DNA of 63,744 nucleotides, filler included, from Octopus bimaculoides (Eukaryota), in NCBI RefSeq assembly GCF_001194135.2. It is 7 parts of 7 records of this genome, joined end to end, with 100 filler letters (N's around TTAATTAATTAA, not from the genome) between each part and the next. Parts side by side here need not be neighbours in the genome. Positions count along the whole stretch, not along the records: positions 1 to 28,888 come from NC_068983.1; positions 28,989 to 50,186 come from NC_069000.1; 5 more parts are not named here. One strand, written 5' to 3'. The position numbers were made by a program, and so were the translations under genes. How positions within the stretch are numbered: position 1 is the stretch's first letter; each line of letters starts with the position of its first letter. The notes below the pieces were generated by a model that saw only the letters and a list, made by a program, of their open reading frames with translations, searched no databases and was not told the origin of the DNA. This document shows positions 23,901 through 37,600 of the stretch, one piece after another.

Positions 23901-24384
23901 CAACAAACAGTTAACTCCACGCAGATGGTGGTAGGGGTAATGAATCATCAACGATATTTGTGATCATCTTGAATACATATGTGTAATTAGGATAATACCA
24001 TCTGAATTAACTGTCCCTTTAAATTTGATAGTGTGGAGCTTGATATCATGAAAATTTTATTCATATATCAACCAGTCCAATTATGTGAAAGTATGATACT
24101 TGTTTATCTTAATTTGGCGTAAATATTTTGCTGTGAGTGCTTTCAAACTGAAGTTTGTATAGTTATCTCCGTAACATTAGTATCATTTATAACAAAAGAA
24201 GCCATTGTAACTCGGCAAGTGGCTAGACTGAGTGAGTCGGAATACCTTATGAGTTTAAATCTCATTGAGATAAAGTTACCTCCTCATTTATTCTTGGTTA
24301 ATGGAACACAGTTTAAAATGCCGTCGATAAATTGTTGGAAAACTGTTGGAAAATTTCAAGTGTATACGGTAACGGCTGTCGCAA

Positions 24385-24650
24385 TTTCCCTGCTTCATTT
24401 GAATAGGATAATTTTTCCAAGAGTCCCAGCTTCTTAACTTAGTTACATATACATTGTCTAAGAAAGCCAAGTGACATAAATGGAAATTTTTAACCCGGGT
24501 AGAGAAAGTGGAGACGTCGAAGAAATTGTATCCGAATATTTTTTTTGTTTCTCCTGTTTCCAAAGAAATAAGTATAACTGCATAGGTGTCTCAATACACG
24601 CACCTAGTGAAACTATACCCCGACTGTTAGGTTCGAACATCATGGAAGTT
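24385..24650 (-). repeat. Unclassified dispersed repeat, second copy
   Basis: Reverse complement aligns with 20453-20705. Confidence 0.85.
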
Positions 24651-25719
24651 GGAACGGCAACATTCGAGCAGAAAACTTTGTATTGTTTTATATCAATTGG
24701 AGAATACGATCATTTGATATCTCAGCCAGTTTTCTCACGAATTGTTATGTACACTGTGTTAGTAAAAATACAAGGCCGTAAACAGTAGGTGGGAACTGGT
24801 AACGTGATAATATTTCTTGATAACGAATTATCATGTGTGTAATGCCATACAAATACATGTTCAAGATGTCTATCTGCATCTTTGGAATTTTTCTACCAAG
24901 GCGTAACTGTAAAGATATTTATAATCCATCCATCCATATATATATATCTACCTCTCTCCCACCTTTCCCTTCGACCTCCCTCTCTCTCCCTCCCTCTCTC
25001 CCCCTTTCCATTCTCGCTATCTCTCTCCTTTTCNNNNNNNNNNNNNNNNNNNNNNNNNNNNNNNNNNNNNNNNNNNNNNNNNNNNNNNNNNNNNNNNNNN
25101 NNNNNNNNNNNNNNNNNNNNNNNNNNNNNNNNNNNNTATAATCCATCCATCCATATATATATATCTACCTCTCTCCCACCTTTCCCTTCGACCTCCCTCT
25201 CTCTCCCTCCCTCTCTCCCCCTTTCCATTCTCGCTATCTCTCTCCTTTTCTCTCTGTCTCTCTCCCTTTCTCTCTTTCTCTCTGTCCCCCTCTCTCTCTC
25301 TCTATATATATATCCATATACTTGTATATATATTCGTGTATGTACGAGTGTGTGTGTATGAAGTTTGATCTCTTCAGTTCCTAAATTGTTTTACACTCAA
25401 CACTTTGCGTCCTGTAGAAAAAAGAAGAAAAACTACATATATTCACGGAAATTAAGACGATAGAAACAATGAGGAAACACATTCGATGACCGCTCATTGT
25501 AAAACAAAGGATCAAATTTAGCACACTGCTTTTACCCCTGATGTTACCTACAAATGGATGTAGATGTACGTGTGTTTGTTTGTTGGCTATTTTTTTTGCT
25601 TTGGTGTTTTTTTGTTTTTTATTTCATTTTTGCCATTATTAATTGCAGAGCAATGTTATATAAAATTTCACTCTTTTATCATTATTCTTTCACTTTCACT
25701 TCTGAGCTCTTGATTACAC

Positions 25720-26000
25720 TTACTTTGGTTAATTCTGTAACAGTGGGCAGCAACATCTTGGGAAAGTTTCACAGGGACTCTTTCCACGACTCCAACACTC
25801 AAATACCAATCTCAAACTCCTATAAAATATAGCAGTTCTCTAAACATGTTCTAGCCTCCTGTCAATCCCAATATCGACCCCGATATCATGAATTCCCCGG
25901 GTTCTCCTTACATCTGACTGTTAATGCACCTAGTACCTCTACAACGACTGGGATGGCAGTTACGAGAAAACTTGCTCGGATATATTTTTCAAACCATCTT
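25720..26000 (-). mobile_element. Dong/R4 LINE extreme 3' remnant
   Basis: VTAIPVVVEVLGAL resembles the R4 C-terminal VIPVVVGALG motif. Confidence 0.5.
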
Positions 26001-29000
26001 TTTCACAAGATAGTCAGGACTAGCCTAAATTGAGGAGTGACTGTAAGACTAAAGGTATTAATTTCGTCGTGCTAAAACGACCCCAGTCCCAACAGTCAAT
26101 CATGTGTTGTGGTGGCCACTCCCACTTACATTATCGAAAAAACTAGGAACAATAACACCACCACAAACGCTGCCAACCATGCAACAACAACGTCAACAAC
26201 CAAAAAAAGAACTACTGACAATAACGATATTAACAATAGGATTATTGCCGCAACAGTATTAATGAGGGGAAAAAACGGTAACGATTGTTACGAAAACAGT
26301 AAAGAGAAAACAGACGTAAAGGAAAGAAATTCCTTCACGAATATAATAAATAAATGGGCCACCCATTCCTTGCAAGGGAAAGCGGGGCAATTAAAAAATA
26401 TCAGAGTGATATCATTCCACCTGGCGTCATTGCACTCTAGAAAGAATGAAGGGATATTTTTAGCGAAAAAGAATGATAGTATATATAAGTCCAAGCCGAA
26501 ATAGAAGAATATATGTGACAAGTGCGGCCTTCCATGCTTTATACCTGCCCCGGAAGGCAATATGAAACTGCAGTATATATTTGTAGCATCGATGGAGAAT
26601 CGCGCAGGATGTCTACAAAGACCTGCTCCAGCGAACCAGTTCGTAGTGCTTCCGTTATACATGTGACGTTGTATAACCAAGCTGAAGGTCTCCAACGTAT
26701 CAGCTCATAGGGTCAGGCGGGAGTAATATCCGTGTTAGATTAGTACGGGGGAACAATAACCTTGAAAACAAGCCTCTAACAAAACAGAAAAGATGTGTCT
26801 ATATTGTTCTACGTTTTGGTTGCTCCACAAGAAGTTCATGCAATCCCAGATTTTTATGTTTTCGGAGAATGCGAGCAGATGCGGATAGTCGTGAAGTGGA
26901 GGAAACACATATGTTGTATTAGCGACAAAACCAATCACCAAAACCTTTATCTTTAGAAAGTTTGAGAGAAAGGCCTCACGCTGCTCCACTATGCTTAATG
27001 CCAAATCCATTGCAATCACAAAAAGGGAAGCAGCAGGAATACAACAGGAGCAGATATGAAATGAAGGCCATTGGAAATCGTACTGAATTCTCGGATGTAG
27101 AAAGGGCCTTAGCTGATACAAAATAACTCGAGTGAGCGATCGTCGGGTGACCCCCATAAAGCAAGTGGGGAGTGAAAGCAGGTGAAAATGCATTTGCAGG
27201 CATGAAACTGAATAAGCTCAAAAACGCTGCACCCCATCTCGAAACCAAATCTGCGAGCCAACCATATCAGCAGCAGCAATAACATCACCACCACCATCTC
27301 CAACAACAACAGAAATTATTAAATCAAGTGCAGTAGCACCCAAAACTGTAACAGCATCCTCAGCAACAGCGAGTGACACAGCAGGATCAGCGCACCGACC
27401 TGAAGCCACTACGTCTGGATGCAGTAGCCATTAGCATAGCTAGGATTTCGAGACGCAATCGCTTACTCTTCTGTATAACTGCGAGATTTATGCCTCCTCT
27501 GGTCAACCTGGATCAAATGACGATGCGATGTTGTTTAGTGAATGCCTTGACGGGAACGTGTGTACGTTTTTCCCCAAATCCAGTCGGTAGATATTGCACT
27601 TGAACCTAAGCGGCATGGAAGTCAACAAGGGAGACTTCAGACTAGTGACATATATGAGCCGGACAGACAGATTTCTTTAGACGTCTAGACACTTTACTAG
27701 GAGTAAAACTGCTTAACAGTCTATTACTACCAGGTTATTACACTCTCATTGCAAATACTACCTAGGTGTTCTTTCCTTTTTTAATCTTTTCGAGGTCAAT
27801 AAAATATAGTACAAGTTTAATACTAGGAAAGATAAAATCTACTAACACTTTCAGCTTCAAACTGTTTTTTCCGCCAAAACTTGAATCCATTTTCATTAGT
27901 AAATGTATGTATATGTGGTTGGGATTGTCGCATCTGGAACATTCGATATTCTGTCGTATTACACGGTAGTACATTAAAGCAAGTAAAAGTATTGCAACGC
28001 ATTTGCACGACGGTAAGTACATTTCGAAATTTCATAGATTCCAATTTTGGTTATTAATTTACTTTTATTTTACATCTCCTTTAACTTGGCTCCACAGAGG
28101 CCAGGTGTACTCCATGGCATCACAGAATATTTTACAGCTTTGAGTTGAAATATTCACAGAGCACAGCAAGCCTGTAGCAAAGAGAGGACGTTATTGATTG
28201 AAACATAGCCATAACAACATTTTATATAACACATGATAAATGGAATTCTTCAGTTTATAGACTACTAAAACTAAATAGAGAACGTCTAACATTTCAATAG
28301 TGTTAATTGGACACACCAACAAAAAAAAAAAAAAAGTGAGATTTCAATGACAGTAGATGAAAGAAATGATTAAAAGAAAACTGTAGCTTATTCATAAATA
28401 TAATTTAACACGTTATCACTGATTAATTTGAGTTTTATCTTTGTTGGATATTATTATCAATCGTATTAACTCTGCATTTTTAAACCCGGCTAGAAATAGG
28501 GAAATTTTTATACCTTTTGTTGAAATAGAAACGTACAAGCACTTCGAAGACAGCTTGTTGTTCCTATGTAATCTATTTGTTTATGGAATTGGTGGCATGC
28601 ATTGTATTGTGCACAATCTATTATGCTATCCTACCTTTTCTTGTTTCGTATTTTATCGATATGGAAATTGTTTTAGTTCCCAATACGATCATCTTCAGTC
28701 CGTGTGGCTTTTAGAGAGATGGGAAAAAATTTCATTATAAAGTAGAAATCTCATCCAAATAATGATTGTTCAAAAGCATAACGGACATTAAAAAGCAACG
28801 CCATCGATCAAAAATATAAGCAGTAAACATTATTGACAACACTGAAAAACATTAGATGTACAAAAATCCATATATATATATATATATANNNNNNNNNNNN
28901 NNNNNNNNNNNNNNNNNNNNNNNNNNNNNNNNTTAATTAATTAANNNNNNNNNNNNNNNNNNNNNNNNNNNNNNNNNNNNNNNNNNNNACCTACCACCAA

Positions 29001-29224
29001 CCTCTTCCTATCCACATACTCCACCTATACTCCCACCCTCAGCCTAACCCACACACCCCGTGCTTTCCCCACTCTCACCTCCCCCACCTCCCAACACCAT
29101 CACACCACACCACGCTACACCATACGACACAACACCACTCACACACCAGCACTGACCAATTCGCATCCCCACATTTTCATACCTACACATACACACATGC
29201 ACACGTCAAGATCACCAGCACTCT

Positions 29225-29345
29225 CTTACACACGTGCACCTTCGTTTTTGGATCACTACCAATTTGTTATCTCCCCTTCTTCTTAACTCTCCTGTGTGAC
29301 CCTTCTGTCCGGCATTCGCCATGATAGATTGCTAACCACTACACA
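29225..29345 (+). repeat. Partial copy of repeat family F2 (5' body)
   Basis: cacgtgcaccttcgtttttggatcac...ttatctcccc...ctgtccg...ccatgat...ccacta matches the reverse complement of 30300-30420. Confidence 0.75.
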
Positions 29346-29708
29346 CATACACAGACACATACACACATACACCCTGTCTTTCACTTTCACACAGAAGCAT
29401 CTGTACACTCATGCGCGCAGATACACACAGATATGAGCATACACAAAAAGGCATCTGAAATAACACAGAACACGGCGAAATCAAAAATACTGTTTGAAAC
29501 ATTACATACGCTAAAATACTATGATATATACAAATATGCATAGATACATCTCGCTCTGAAGCACCTCTGTCTCTCTTTCTCTCTTTCTCTCTTTCTCTGT
29601 GCGTGTATCTATCTATGTTTATCTATCTATCTATCTCTCTATCTCTCTCTCTCTCTCTCTGTATATATATATATATATATATATAACAGTATTGAACACA
29701 CATACACA

Positions 29709-30110
29709 GCGCAGGAGTGGCTGTGTGGCAAGTAGTTTGCTTACCAACCACATGGTTCCGGGTTCAGTCCCACTGCGTGGCACCTTGGGCAAGTGTCTTC
29801 TACTATAGCCTCGGGCCGACCAAAGACTTGTGAGTGGATTTGATAGACGGAAACTGAAAGAAGCCCGTCGTATATATGCATATATATGTGTGTGTGTGTA
29901 TATGTTTGTGTGTCTGTGTTTGTATCCCCAACTTCGCTTGACAACCGATGCTGGTGTGTTTACGTCCCCGTAACTTAGAAGGTTCGGCAAAAAGAGACCG
30001 ATAGAATAAGTACTAGGCTTACAAACAATAAGTCCTGGGGTCGATTTGCTCGAATAAAGGCGGTGCCCCAGCATGGCCGCAGTCAAATGACTGAAACAAG
30101 TAAATGAGTA
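29709..30110 (+). mobile_element. Full-length tRNA-derived SINE S1
   Basis: A box tggctgtgtgg, B box gttcagtcc, CORE-like ccttgggcaagtgtc segment, internal (TG)/(TA) tract, tail ctgaaacaagtaaatgagta. Confidence 0.93.
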
Positions 30111-30124
30111 TATATATATATAGT

Positions 30125-30420
30125 TGGAATTTACATAGAAACAAACAAAACAAAAGACGAAGACTGGTGTGTAAACAACAAACAGATGTATTAGTTTAAC
30201 GCTCGGGAAGTGAGAAAGTCTTTTACATTTCAAGCCTACGCTCTTCAACAGAAATGAACACAGAAATAAACAGAGAGAGAGAAAATTTTTAAAAGAGGGT
30301 TTAGTGGCCAGTGATCAATCATGGTGAAGGTCGGACAGAGGTGGTCAGTCAGGAGAGCTAGGAAGGAGGGGAGATAATAAAGTAGTGGTGATCCCAAAAC
30401 GAAGGTACACGTGCGTATGT
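30125..30420 (-). mobile_element. Repeat family F2 (PLE-terminal-repeat-like) with hammerhead-like motif at 30219-30255
   Basis: ttt-CTGTTGA-a-GAGC-gtag-GCTT-GAAA-tg-ta-aaaga; homologous to 55628-55815. Confidence 0.7.
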
Positions 30421-30577
30421 ATTTGAGAGCGTGTATGTGCGCGTGGATGATGGTATGGGAGCTGGGAAGTAGTTATATATATGTATATATAAATATATAT
30501 ATGTATATATATGTATGTATATATATATGTATGATATTATATATATAATACATTGCACATATATGTGTGTGTGTATA

Positions 30578-30615
<38 letters not shown>

Positions 30616-31109
30616 CGCACACACACACGCACACACATACACATATATATATATACCGATGTATAACTATAGTCCATGCATGCTACACATAAGACATGTT
30701 TTTCTCTTTTGAGATTCATTCTGCATCTTTCTCTTGTAAAAGTGAAACAAAAAATTATAAAATAAAAATTTGAATAAAATCAAAATGTTTACAAAATATT
30801 TTGCCTCGAACTATCTTTTTATGTATGCATATATGCATCAATCCACCCATCCACCCTTTCATCTATCAATCTTTCTATCATCTCATCCATGAACTCATAT
30901 AAATGTGTGTGCATGCATGTACGTTTAACATACAAATGTACATATACACACGCATATATTTGAACATTTGTATATGTATAATTGGGAATCGACTTGTGGT
31001 CAGATATGACCACTTCTTGGTTTTTACCATGGAAGCCGTCATAGAGAGAACGGAGGTAGACGTACATACATGCATACATACATATATACATATAAACATA
31101 CAAATACAG

Positions 31110-31460
31110 TGACCTTGAGCGCATTTTTCAGTATGTCCGTGATAAACAACAGAAAAATTTTACAAATTCTACTTAATCTAGAAGACGTCACCACTTTCTC
31201 ACTAAACATGAGCAACACTCAGTTAAGAACCCCAGAGTCGTTCCAAATGCCCTACTACCACTGAAGCTCTCCCCTGGCGCAAGCACATCCTTAGCATAGC
31301 TTAAAAAGCATTCCAAATTTGGCGCTTCGATTGAGGGTCAAATATTATTTCAGTCCTCAACGGCTGGCACTATAAAGAGCTGCTCTCAATATGGGACGGT
31401 GCTACTGCTACGGATAAAGACATCTTGGAGCGCATCAAGGGAATGACCATGAAACTAAGT
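31110..31460 (+). mobile_element. CR1/L2-group LINE RT C-terminal fragment
   Basis: SDLERIF, WRKHILSIA, KYYFSPQRLALY, IWDGATATDKDILERIK across frameshifts. Confidence 0.6.
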
Positions 31461-32090
31461 GGAATTTAATACCTGTATATCTTCCAGACATATGAGACTG
31501 ATACAGTGGATACTCAACAAGATGCAGAAATGATGTTCAAAGATAATACATCTTTTAATGGCCCAGGTGTGTAGATTGGTGACATCCTAGCAAGATTGTT
31601 AGTTTCTATCTTAGCTATTTGACTTCATTTATTAGTACCTATGATTTATAGACTTAATAATATGTAAAATAACTGGCTTTACCATGGTCACTTGCTATAT
31701 CTTACATCCATACTGGTAAGCAACTGCAATGTTCCAACAATTGAATCACTGACAGCAAGAAGGAAAGTGGGATTGTTCGTAATTTGGTACAGTAACAAAT
31801 ACTCTCAGGTACTCCGTTTAAGAACATCTTTTAGGTATTGTCACCGATGTTTGCCGTTAAACATCAGCGAAAGAAACACATGCACAAACATATACATAAA
31901 CATGCACACATACACAGACACACACACACACATACACACACACATATATGCACACGCACTTGCACACGCACTCGCACACTCACACTGACACACGCACAGA
32001 GGTAAACAAACATGCACGCACATACATACATATATACATACATACATACATACATACGGACAGACAGACAGATTCAGGTAGGTAAGTAGT

Positions 32091-32131
<41 letters not shown>

Positions 32132-32434
32132 TTACAATTGGGGAAGTTCGGACGAAATAACTTGCACTTTCCCCGTATCTTACGTTGGTGGTAATCATAC
32201 TGTTATCCGCTTGAGATCCATCAACTGGTTCTTGGGTATTTGGGTATCTTTGGCAGAATCCACACTGTTGCAAGTATGTGGACCATTGAAAATGCCTTTC
32301 TCCCACTTTCCACCAGTTTCGCAGGTCTTCAAACCGTTATAAGTGCCAACTATATCTCGTTACTTGGAAAGAAATTCATGTGCGTGCGTGTATATATATA
32401 TATACACGCGCGCACATATATGTACATATATAAT

Positions 32435-32500
32435 ACATACATACATACATACAGACATACATACATACATACATACATACATACATACATACATACATAC
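32435..32500. repeat. (TACA)n microsatellite flanking the R4 element
   Basis: Direct inspection. Confidence 0.95.
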
Positions 32501-34288
32501 AAGTACAGCATGTTTAAACCTCTTCCTCCAGGACGATTGTGAAACCATTAACATTATCACAGCAGAATATGCAACTGAGAAGAAGGAGTCTGGAGATGTG
32601 CCAAGCAATTGTTAATCAACAAAACTGTGATGTCAGAGGTGCGAGAGCATAGGAGGGACCTAGTTTCAATGTGGCTAGACCTAGTTTCAATGTGGCTGAC
32701 TCTGCTCCTCACTTATGGATACTAGAAGCCCTTCAACTTGCTAAAGTTGCAGTGAGAATAGTCAAAGAGCCTTAACTTATTTACAACATTCTCAAAGGAT
32801 GTAGGGTTGGAGTTTGGTCAGGATAAATGTTGTTATATGGTTGTGAAAAGGGGGAAAACTATAAATGTTCCCACCTGTATCTGACGAGGAATGTTACAGG
32901 TATCTAGGGGTGGGGGAAAATATATTTTACAATTCCACCTCTAACAAAACACGTGCCCCTAAAAAATATTACAGCCGAATAAAGAAAATTTGGACCTCAG
33001 AACTCTCTGCATTCAATAAAACAGTGGCCCACAATGCGTTTGCAATGTCAGTACTCATACCAACATTTGGGCTGCTTGATTGGACGCTTCGTGATATCCG
33101 AGCCATTAATGTGAAAATTCGAAAAATACTAACAAGTACACATAAATTCCACATAAACAGTGATGTAGACCGCTTCTACCAAAAACGAAAACAAGGCGGC
33201 AAAGGCTTACCATAGATCCAAAATGTCTTTGAATGTCGCATCAAATCCCTTCAGCAACAACTTTTAACCCCAAGTGTCGAAATGCATCCCTTGAGCAAGT
33301 TTGCATAAATGAGGCTGATAACTTTATAAGACTTGGAAGGCAGCTCCCTGAGCAACACTCTTTGTCTGATAACCTAGAATACAAGCTCAAAGAAGTCGCA
33401 CGACTCTACCGCAACGTATCATCAGATGAAAGGATGAACCAGTATGAGCAGAATACTATGCACGGATATGTTAGTAGAAAGCTACGTGATGATAGTAACA
33501 TCGATCATCAAAGCAGTTTATCATGGACCAATAGCCGTATTACTACCTCCCACTTTCAAGGGTATGCGTTTGCAATCCAGGAACAGGAAGTATCAACCAA
33601 GTACCTGATGCACAAAAGGGATAGAGATGCAGGAAAAGCCGTAAAATGTGACATCCGATGCAGACTTTGTGCAGCTCACACTGAAGATATCATCCACATC
33701 ATAAGCAGTTGTCCGAAAATGACACCACGGTATTATCTGCCGATGAGACATGACGTAGCTACGACACTCTAATGAAATCCGTCGAAAGGATAATCTCGAG
33801 GACAAAGACATAAGAACCCACAATATGGTAGAAGCCATAGCCACTCATAATAGAAAGGAATATAGGTGAATTGCCCCAGTGAAGACCTCAATAAAATGTA
33901 AGCACAACAGACCTGATATAATGATTTAGGATAGAGAAGAGGAACTGTGCACAGTTGTAGAAATTAACTACTCAGCGGATGTTAACATAAAGCTGAAGAT
34001 CAGTGAAAAGGAGAACACCCATGCTGAACTATTGAGAAATCTGCAGTTACTCTATTCAGATTACAAGTTAAGGTTCATACCTGTAATTATTGGGACCAAT
34101 GGATATGTAACACACACTGCCTAAATACCAATCTTGAGAAATTAAGCTTCTGAAAACCAGAAAGGAGAAAGCTAATTCGAAAACTACAGACCCAATCCAT
34201 AACTGGAACTGTAAAAATCTGTAGATATGTAACTATATGCATGAGAATACATACATAAAACAAACAAATCTACTCATACATACATACA

Positions 34289-34322
<34 letters not shown>

Positions 34323-34447
34323 CAAACTTACAAAGATATCTTGTGGTTGATGTTGAAATTCCAATGAAGTAACCTTGGATCTAGGTTAGAAACTGTTTTT
34401 TTTCTCTATTCGCAAGAAATCTTGAAATAAACTGATTAATGACCTAC
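32501..34447 (+). mobile_element. 5'-truncated Dong/R4-clade LINE (partial RT, CCHC knuckle, REL endonuclease, 3' UTR)
   Basis: EQLLINKTVMSEVR, KDVGLEFGQDKC, YRYLGV, SDVDRFY..RKQGGKGL, AIQEQ, CRLC..HTEDIIHIISSC, RHD, HNRPDIMI..VEI, IPVIIG. The YxDD region appears deleted; a 21-bp tandem duplication lies at 32657-32698. Confidence 0.93.
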
Positions 34448-34639
34448 TTGCATACATACGTACGTACATACATACATATATATNNNNNNNNNNNNNNNNN
34501 NNNNNNNNNNNNNNNNNNNNNNNNNNNNNNNNNNNNNNNNNNNNNNNNNNNATATATATATATATATATATATATAAGGAATTTAATGGCTTGAATAAGA
34601 GTTTTTCGAGTCCAACAGCTGTTTCTGCAGCCTTGGTAG

Positions 34640-37600
34640 TCCAAAATAATGATTATAAAAATCGTAAATTCGCTTGCTAGAACATGATCAAGAACTTCAA
34701 TAAAGCAGAGATATACGAGAGATGACTCAATTCAACTTCCTATATTCTCCCCAGAAAGCTACAAATTAAAGTCATCCCCAACGAACCAGCAAAACAAAGA
34801 GAACTTAATAAGGAAAAAAATGGTTCTAGAGAACTTCAAAATGGAGATAGAACTCCTTAAACTCTGAGCTCAATCTCACCAAAATTACTTCAACTGATGA
34901 AGAAATAAAGATTGAAATCGCGAAAAGAAACTCAAGTGGAACTTTTTGATAATACCATTCTACTCTGGAGAAAGAACTGTGAAAACGAGGAAGTAATCTC
35001 ACTTCAAAGATGAAAAAAAAAAAAAAAAAGATTGGATCGATCACTATGAGAAAAAATTCAAGGAAGAATACCAATCTGATAACCCTTTCTTGAAAACAAG
35101 TAAAAATTACGAACTCCACACAACCGGAAGAAAGTCACTACTGCAACAATACCGGAATGACCATCCAGAGCAAGAATAACCAATACCCTCTCCAGGCTTC
35201 CTAACACTCATCAAAGGTAACTCTTTCGAACAGAATTATAAGAGAAATAAGAACTCCCCACGTCAGAGACACCTCTCACATAAAGAAGACTTCGAACAGG
35301 ACCAAAGAAGAAGTAGGAACTTCTCCCACTCGACGAATTTCTTCCACAATAACCACTTGGTCCAAACAGGATATAACCATTACGACAACCCCACTCAGAG
35401 CCGACCGCAGCGGAAAACACACAATAAACCAAGGGTCAGCGGAAAGACAATCAACAGCAACACTAATTCCTTATATCAAAACCCAAGAAACCATTTTTAG
35501 ATAAACTGGGCCAAAATTGCGACACTCGATGGCACCAACCAAATGTGAGATCCCGAAGGTGATAAATCTCTCACATAAAATCTCTCAGACTAACGAAGCA
35601 AGATTCCCGCAACACCACAAATTTCTCCCAACACTACAATGTCGAATCTAAATGATATACAAAGTGATATGCAAGAATTCTGCAGAAAACTTTGCTGGAT
35701 AAAGAAAATAATGATCAATCAATACTTCACAATAAATGTAACTACTGTCCGACAAACGGAAGAAATCAAACTTTGGATGACTTTTGTGATCTGGTTTCCA
35801 ATTTACCCCTAAAATTTACTCCCACCTGGAAAATTTAAAACAAATACAAGTCGAGAAGAATTGAAAATCATTAATAATCTCAATAATTATAAAAGAAGCC
35901 GATTAAGGGAATACTGTAGTAATCAGAAAAATACATAAACGTTACCCTAATCCTCTTTCAAGACAATACCTACAACGAAAAAAATCAACAACTGCAGTCA
36001 ATCCAAGATAATGAAAACGAAAAAGGAGAGAGATTACTTGACTAGACTTGACTGTAAAACCAGCAACTTTTATGGACTTTCCAGAATTCACAAAAGTGAA
36101 GCCACAAACGAAGCCTGTAACAAACCAACTTCTGTAGTTATAAATATTCCACACCCGAAAGATCTTAAAATGAGACCAATTGTGGCCGGTCCCTCGTGTG
36201 AGACACACAGACTCAATAACTTTATTCTTTTCTACTCTAGGCACAAGGCCCGAAATTTGGGGGGAGGGGACCAGTCAATTAGATTGACCCAGTACGCAAC
36301 TGGTACTTAATTTATCAACCCCGATAGGATGAAAGGCAAAGTCGACCTCGGCGGAATTTGAACTGAGAATGTAAAAACAGACGAAGTACCGCTAGGCATT
36401 TCGTCCGGCGTGCTAACGATTCTGCCAGTTCGCCGCCTTTATTGACGTTCTCCTTAAACCTATTCTCCAACACACACCGAGCTTTATAAGGGATGATCTG
36501 GACTTTGTAAACCATCACCTGAACAAAGCCAGCAAGGAATCCCTTCTGGTTTCAGTCGATGTAATAAACCTCTACACCTCGATTCCTCATGAATGCAGAA
36601 TAATAGTCACACAATACCAGCTGGAAAAATTCTCAACTGACATTCCTGACCGAATCGGAAAAGAATTCATCGTTGAAGGGATACAATTCATCCTACAGAA
36701 CAACTTCTTGAACTTCAACGAGAACACTTATAGACAAAACTAGGGCACGGCGATGGGAACGAGGGTAGCCTCTACTTTTGCCAACCTTGTCATGGCATAC
36801 TTGGAAGTCCAAATATACGAACACACTACTCTGAAATTTGAAAACACCTTCCAAAAATACTTACTTACCAACTGGAAACGCTACGTCGATGACTGTTTCA
36901 TTCTGTGGTCACATAACCTTGAACAACTCTCAAAATTAAAAAAACTTAATCAACAACATCAACCACAGTGTTCAATTCACAATGGAACACAGCCACAAAC
37001 AACTACCCTTCCTGGACATCTTAATCATAAAAATAGATACTGAAATTGAAACCGACGGACTCAAAACATACTAAAATAAATTTACCATTAAACTTAGCAA
37101 GAATTTACACGGTTGCGGCAAATCCCGAAACCCGAGAAAAGCGACTCCAAGAACTTAAAAACACATCACTAGATAGAAAATACCCGGCCAGTCTAATCAA
37201 AAACAGAATAGAACGTGCAAAAACGATAGACATCCAAGAGTTGCAGAATACAAGAAAACACCATAACATACTTAAAACTTTATCTTACATATCAACACAA
37301 TCCTAGGAACATGGAAACATACAACATCATCCACCAAAACATACCCCTCCCTATGAAAGACCTGCGAATGAAAAAGGCACTGGAAACACATAGGATTATT
37401 AAAAGCAAGAGACAACCACAATCCCTAAAAAAGTTACTCACCAGCGCCAAATTACCCTCCAAAAATACAACCCCACTGGTCAAAAAGTGCAGCCACCCTA
37501 ACTGCGGAACTTGCATCTTCCTCTTAGAGGGCTGAACATACAAATTTAAGTCAGGTCAAACTTTTACCATAAAAAATCAGTTCACCTGTGCTTCGAAGAA

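Noticed and set aside
24920-25250. Exact ~114-bp duplication on both sides of a gap (24920-25033 and 25137-25250)
   Set aside because: Identical low-complexity contig ends flanking Ns; most likely an unmerged overlap.
26500-27750. Moderately GC-rich region with several 60-150 aa ORFs
   Set aside because: No recognisable domain, splice pattern or repeat homology; probably decayed TE but unsupported.
28933-28944. TTAATTAATTAA embedded in N runs (also 50231-50242, 52064-52075, 57064-57075, 59019-59030, 61329-61340)
   Set aside because: An identical 12-mer centred in ~100-bp gaps, with stop codons in all six frames: an assembly spacer, not biology.
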